Assembly: GCA_965113315.1 (NCBI GenBank)
Contig: OZ220372.1
DNA: 64,000 bases
From: Podarcis vaucheri
Lineage: Eukaryota
Strand: one strand, 5' to 3'
Positions 57,916 to 64,000 of this stretch are shown here, piece by piece; position 1 is the stretch's first letter; every line of letters begins with the position of its first letter. Made by a program: the position numbers and the translations under genes. The notes below the pieces were generated by a model. It ran no database searches and was not told the DNA's origin. It saw nothing but the letters and a program-made list of their open reading frames with translations.

Positions 57916-58310
57916 AAAGGTAAAGGTAAAGGGACCTCTGACCATTAGGTCCAGTCGTGGCCGACTCTGGGGTTGCGGCGCTCATCTCACTTTATTGGCT
58001 GAGGGAGCCGGCGTACAGCTTCCAGGTCATGTGGCCAGCATTATTGGCCGAGGGAGGCAGAGTACAGCTTCCGGGTCATGTGGCCAGCATGACTAAGCCC
58101 CTTCTGGCAAACCAGAGCAGCGCACAGAAACACCGTTTACCTTCCCGCTAGAGCAGTACCTATTTATCTACTTGCACTTTGACATGCTTTCGAACTGCTA
58201 GGTTGGCAGGAGCAACGGGAGCTCACCCCATCGCGGGGATTCGAACCGCCGACCTTCCAATCGGCAGGTCCCAGGCTCTGTGGTTTAACCCACAGAGCCA
58301 CCCGCGTCCC
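57916..58310 (-). mobile_element. Full-length Sauria SINE with (ACCTTT)n tail and an internal 49-bp duplication
   Basis: Same head as the copy at 1-328; tail AAAGGTAAAGGTAAAGG on plus; approximate TSD TA(T/A)GTGCTTA. Confidence 0.92.
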
Positions 58311-59479
58311 TTATAAGTGCTTAGCTGGTTTTATATATGCAATTGTGGACCAGGTGGTAAGACAGTAGCTACTTTTTTGAGCTTTGTAAGGATGCTGTAT
58401 GGAACACTCATGTGGGCCCACTCACACATTGCAGTATTGCATGCAGTGAAACCTAAGTTCTTATCCAAAATATTGGGGACACCTAGATCTATTCTAAGGA
58501 CCTAGACAATTCTAAGGAAATTGCCTGATTAAAGATGGCTTTCATTCAGTGGGAATGCTTACCCAGAAAGTGGCCATCACCTGTTGGCTTAAGACAGTCT
58601 TTTGGCTTCACTTTTGGTTTTATTGGTATCTGAGGATTTGAGGAGTGATTCCTGGGAAGCTATGATGTATGCACTTTTTACTATTTGGGCTTTTCATTAG
58701 CCCACTTGATTATGATGGGCTGCAACTGTGCTCAGTTCTCCAGATGACTTGACTGATGTCAATTTTCAGACCACTATGGAACTGACTGCTGGGTGCTGCT
58801 CCAATACAATATATAAAGATTTTGTCACTCTTCCTGGGAAAGTGCCCCCTTCCTCACATGAGCTAAGATGGCTCCTGATTAATCCTTACAGCTGATGATG
58901 GTGAAAGGAACTATGGGACTCAGTATGGCGAGGCTAGAAATTGCCCAGCTGGATGCCCCAAAGTAGAGGACTTGGCACACTTTTTAACAGAATGCCCTTT
59001 GTATTCAGATTTAACTATTTTGATATCTCAAGCCCTTAAATGTGGGGATGAATAACATTTCTCTCTAAGTATAACTCCATTCCTATTGGCCACTAGAGAT
59101 CACAACAAGTCATACAAGGGCAGCCAAATGTGTCAGATTGGCTCATGAATACACTGAAAGCAACTTTGATCACCCAGCAATGGCTATCAAGTTATATAAC
59201 CAGTCATCAATACTCCTTTATTGGCAGCGCTCACAAAATATTCTGGGGATCGAAAACAACATTGGGACAGCTTGATAGCATCGATATAACTGGAGGCATC
59301 TAACAATTTTTCAAGAAATTACAAAAATATGCAGAGTGTATGATCAAAAGGACAAAAGTATGCAAAACAATAAAAAATAGCTCTACATACGCATCAAGAA
59401 AGCTGATTTTTTTACTACCCAGGAAAAGATTTTGAAAGGTTCACTGAAAACATCAACTTAATGTGCTGCAGTGGAGAAA

Positions 59480-59920
59480 GAAGTAAATCCAGTTTGAGGA
59501 ATGATTAGGAAAGCAATTAAAATGCCAGATAGTATCATAATGCCATTAGATGAGTGCTGTCCAGCCACATTAAGAATACTGTGTACAATTCTTGTTCTAT
59601 GAACCATAAAAAGGAACATATAAAATTATCAATGAATTACAGTACCTTTACACTGAACAATGGTTGAAGAGGATGGTTTAGTTTGAAGAAGAGACACCTA
59701 AAAGGGGGGGGTACATGGAAAAGGCTTATAAAGTTACATAAGTAGTAGGGCCACTAAATGAAATTAACTGGCAGTAGGCTCAGGACAGGAAAACAATACT
59801 TGCAGAACTTACAGAGTTTAAACCACTATTGTTATTATTGTTATTTCAAAAATGGTAAGACGTATTCATGGAGGATTAGCAATGACCATTAGCTATGGTA
59901 GCTAAAAATACAGTCTCCAT
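59480..59920 (+). mobile_element. Decayed CR1 LINE 3' remnant
   Basis: CCACATTAAGAATACTGTGTACAATTCTTG resembles the CR1 PHLEYCVQFW coding. Other CR1-like pieces at about 715-960, 11300-11385, 14405-14470 and 40560-40625. Confidence 0.55.
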
Positions 59921-62900
59921 GTAATAAGGCAGCGTAAAAAGAGGTGTGAGCAACACAGCTATGAAAGATAGCTAGATCTCCTCCGCAGCACATTTAGGTA
60001 TTATGCCCCATTGTCATCGACAAGGTATAAGGGGAGTTTACTACTCCTTTTAACAGGATTATGTTTTAAAGCAATGTATTACTGCATCTCATCTGGAAGG
60101 ATTTGAGAGACAAAAGTGGTGGCACAGAGTTGGTAGTGCCCACACCATGTCACTTAAGCTGCCTTACATAGTTCCCAACTGAGAGTAATCCACCTCTTGG
60201 AAAGTACCCCAGACTACTTCACTCACAACAGTAATTTGTTTTCTTTTTGACACTGTAGCATAGCATAAGTCAAAGAAAAAAACAAAAAAGGTTTACTTTT
60301 TAGTCGGTTTGCTTAGTGATACACTAATGCAGAACAGGGAGATATTTGCATATGTGACAGGAATTTCTGCTCAAATATCACAGTGCTGGCCTTTACTGCA
60401 CAGTTGGTAGTATGGAAGAAACACCAGGAGCAGCTGTGAAATTATTATTTTGGAGACAATTTACTTTAGCTGTGGAGCCAACAAATTATCTCTTGAAGTG
60501 TGTACACAATTCTGCTGATGGACTCTAAGGAATCCATGTTCAACCCAGGTGATTGTAATAAAGTATGAATGGGGGAAGATACAGGGTGTTCAAGGTTGAC
60601 TTTGTAGCACATGTTTAGTGATGTAGCAGTTTGGAACCGCCAAAGGTGGGAGATGAAGTGTGCATCTGTGTGTGAGGAATGAGGACTTAGAATACTTAAG
60701 TTGCCTCTATGCCTTACTAGCTCATGCATTCTGCATGTTAACAATATTATATTTAAAGTTTAACACTACCCTTCTAAAATCATGTCTCTCTTCCCACATA
60801 GGGATAAAAGAGATCCCCTTAAAAGCAATGACTAATTTCATTTGTAGCTGTGTCATTTTAATCAAGATATATTTCATAGCTAACCAGAATCCAGACGCTA
60901 TCCATAGACCCTGGGCTTCATATCTTGTCAATATCGGCAATTCTGATGACAACATGCTGCAAGCTTACATAAAGGTATCCAACTTTGTGTTCCCAAAATG
61001 AATTGTACCACTACAACATGCTATTTTGCTGACTTTAGAAGTAATGTGCCATCACAAGTAGGTGAAAAGTAAAAGCTTTTAACACCCACCACCACCGGTG
61101 TCTGAGCTGCAAAATATTTTTTGAAACATTCAGGAATTCAAATATTCTAATAGTTCATTTCATAACCCGCAGTTTAATCTTTGGAGAATACTATGTAGAA
61201 GGTTTGACCTTCAGCTACACATTATCAGCAGCCTGGCTCCAGAGAAGGCTCCCAAAGTGATTATCTTAGGAAAGCCTTTGCTTAAATCTAATTAGCTCAA
61301 AAGTCCTTACAAATCTGTGAAGCACCACATTGCAGCCGTCAGATAGTATCTTAGTTTTGCTTTCTTCTTAGTTTTCTAGCATTACTAAATACAACTGCTT
61401 ACTCAACAAGTGTTTAAACAATGTTTTATTAACATTTAAGACGGCCACAGGGCAGTCTCAACACAATTAGTGTTTTCAGCCAACTTCAACAAAAAAGAAA
61501 AAGAAAAATGAGAGCCTATTCGTTACTTCCAAACATGAATCAATTTCTATTGATGATTCCACTAGTGAGCAGTATAGAAATTTAATAATAAATTTGGTAA
61601 ACATTCGCCAATTTAATAGAATGAATTATATAACCTCTCCTTCGCTTGGTGCCACTTATATCATTCTTACTGAAGCATGGCAGTTTCATGGAACAAATCT
61701 ATTTTGTGCAGACAGTAAGGTGACATGAGGTATGTGATATTATCAACACTACTAAAATTAATAAACTTGTGTACATCTTTCATTGTCCCGTAAGTATTTA
61801 CAAAGGCAAAATAAACCTGAAGTGCTCGATAAAGAAATCATTATCCCACCAAGTAATATTTAGACTCCTATAGTACTTCGGAAGTTTTCAGATTGAAATC
61901 ACCAGGAAGGTCCAAGTAACTTTTATTTTATTTTCTGGGTAAGGACAGTTACATTCTTGGTCCTTACTGAAAATTGCTGAATCCTAGCCTAAAGGTGAAG
62001 CCTAATTATGTGAAGGCAAAATTGAACTCCTAGACCCAAGCATTCAATCCCATGACTATCTCCCAAAGATGCTGGTACTCAGATCAAGGCTTCTGGAAAA
62101 TCTAAGGAGGCGCAAGATGTTTGCCTGTAAGCAGTACTTTCTGTGACAGTACTCACCAATACGGTGCACCAGCACTTCAGGTTTTTTGCTGCCTTTTTAA
62201 GCACTACTTTTGGATACTGCTTTTGTCCCAATGGGCAATGCTTTAGAAGACTTAAGATTGTGATAAGCAAAAACAAAGAAGAAAAATGGTAGCATATAGT
62301 AATTCTGAAATCCATATTAGGCTACAAGAGTAGTTAGTTAGTTAGTTAGCTGGCTGCCTACATTCTGTATGTCTATAATGGTACACTATACTGCCATTCT
62401 TTTAACTGCAAATACTGAGCTTTAGTATTTTAACCATACTTGTTCCTAGCCCTAAAAATCACAGACTAGAGCTTCAAAAAGTATACTAAGCCTGAAGAAT
62501 CCAAAATGAAGTATTTTTGTCACCCACAATCTTGTTCCCTTGTTCATCTGTACATCTGTTACTATATCTCTCTACCAAGAGCAATCATTCCAATCCAACT
62601 AAGTGAATTTTATTCTATATATGGTATATACCACTTCTATTACGGTGCTAAAACATTTCCCCACATTAGTCAGAATCAAGATTACCCTGGAGGAAGAATA
62701 CCAGTGTAGCCTCTGCTCAAAGCAGCAAGGTTAATAAAACAGAAGTATTTGGAAAATGTGCAGTAATCTCCTCTCAACTAGTCACATTACTGAAAGCTAA
62801 ACTTAGTGATAACACTGTTGTCAATACCGCCTGAAAAATACTCAACTGCTAGGTAAGCAAGCTACAAAAATATTTCCATTTCTGCATCTAAAAAGATGGA

Positions 62901-64000
62901 AATTTATAAATACTGACATATATAAGGGCCAAATAAGCCCTCTCATCCAGCACCAGTTTTGTCATTGCCTCTCAGAACCTCTGCAACTCCTTTGCCCATG
63001 AACAACCCAAAAATGTCCCTGTCCTGGAACAATATAACTGAACTACTAGATTTTAAAATCCAACAAGGCATCAGTGTGGGTTTACCATTTTTTTCTGAAT
63101 TGATGCAGATATGATTTAGCATGTTTATCTGAATTACTATTCTACATAGCTCTACAGTCACGGTTCCTTCAGCACAAGGACTTTCGTTTCGCGGCACTTA
63201 TCTCCTCCTCTCCATTTCCTAAATCTATTCTGGCAATTCCTCCAACCCTCCAAAGAAGATTTGGTGATGGCACAGAAAGGGGAAATTCCTGATTTGCTAT
63301 TAGGAATCCTTGTGGAATAGGCTTCTCCTATTAATACAACAATTTAGTTGCATATAGCCCTGATATCATGTTACATTAAAACTTTTTGAGGGGTTCCCCC
63401 CCCAAAAAAAGGTCAAAAGTGGTAGACTTAAATACGACTGGGGAATCAAAGTGCTCTTTAATGTAATGCTACATTAAAACAAACTCACTTTACTTTGAAA
63501 TTTTTATTAGGATTCTTGGAAGTATTTTAAACACATTTAAATAGGACACACTTCCCTTGCATGATATTTTATGTGCATAAATGAGGAATAATTACTTGAT
63601 TTAAGTTAACTACAACTTTGATTTTATAGTTGACTGGATATTTTTCTATTCTACCTGTCAGATCCTGCCTGTATTCAATATGTTGTATGAAATTATTAAC
63701 AATGCACCTTTTCTACAGACATCAATATTTGTGAAAAGTTTTTACATACTGTACATACTCTATTATATTCTGACAGTATATAAGACATTGCAGATGTTAT
63801 ACATTTCTATTTTCCCTGTCCTAAAGTACTGGATGTTAGGGGACTCTGTGGAGGAGCTATAATGTTGTGAACTATCCTATAACCTGTGTTACCAAACACT
63901 CTAGGATAGTTAACTATTGCAGTTGGTAGACAGAAAAGCTTTAGTTAGAAAGGTATTCTCAGGAAATTGATGTATTACAATTTAGTACCAAACAGTATGC

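Noticed and set aside
58320-64000. ATP2B1 promoter or non-coding first exon
   Set aside because: No CpG island or convincing exon; looks like ordinary first-intron sequence, with the promoter probably beyond the right edge

Overview
Eukaryotic DNA from a squamate reptile (Sauria SINEs; probably a lizard). The minus strand carries the complete coding region of ATP2B1 (plasma-membrane Ca2+ ATPase PMCA1). I traced 20 coding exons from ATG 55344 to TGA 19715 (3660 nt, 1219 aa, 'b'-type C-terminus ending ETSL). One intron has a GC donor, the 5'UTR holds three uORFs, and an N-gap lies where the alternative site-C exon is expected. A CpG island at about 1.6-2.2 kb, with an RFX X-box and an 18-nt first coding exon (MAAAAL|GT), is most likely the start of POC1B. 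The most unusual object is a young 4.4-kb non-LTR retrotransposon (RTEX-like) at 5381-9777. It has a twin-priming-type 5' inversion inside one 13-bp target-site duplication, and its ORF1/ORF2 overlap holds a U_UUU_UUA slippery heptamer leading into an AUG-less ORF2, a candidate -1 frameshift. There is also a SINE interrupted by an 18S rRNA fragment. The rest is MITEs (TA-flanked Tc1/pogo-type and hAT-type), L2/CR1/RTE remnants and simple repeats. All comparisons with known genes and repeat families are from memory; no searches were run.
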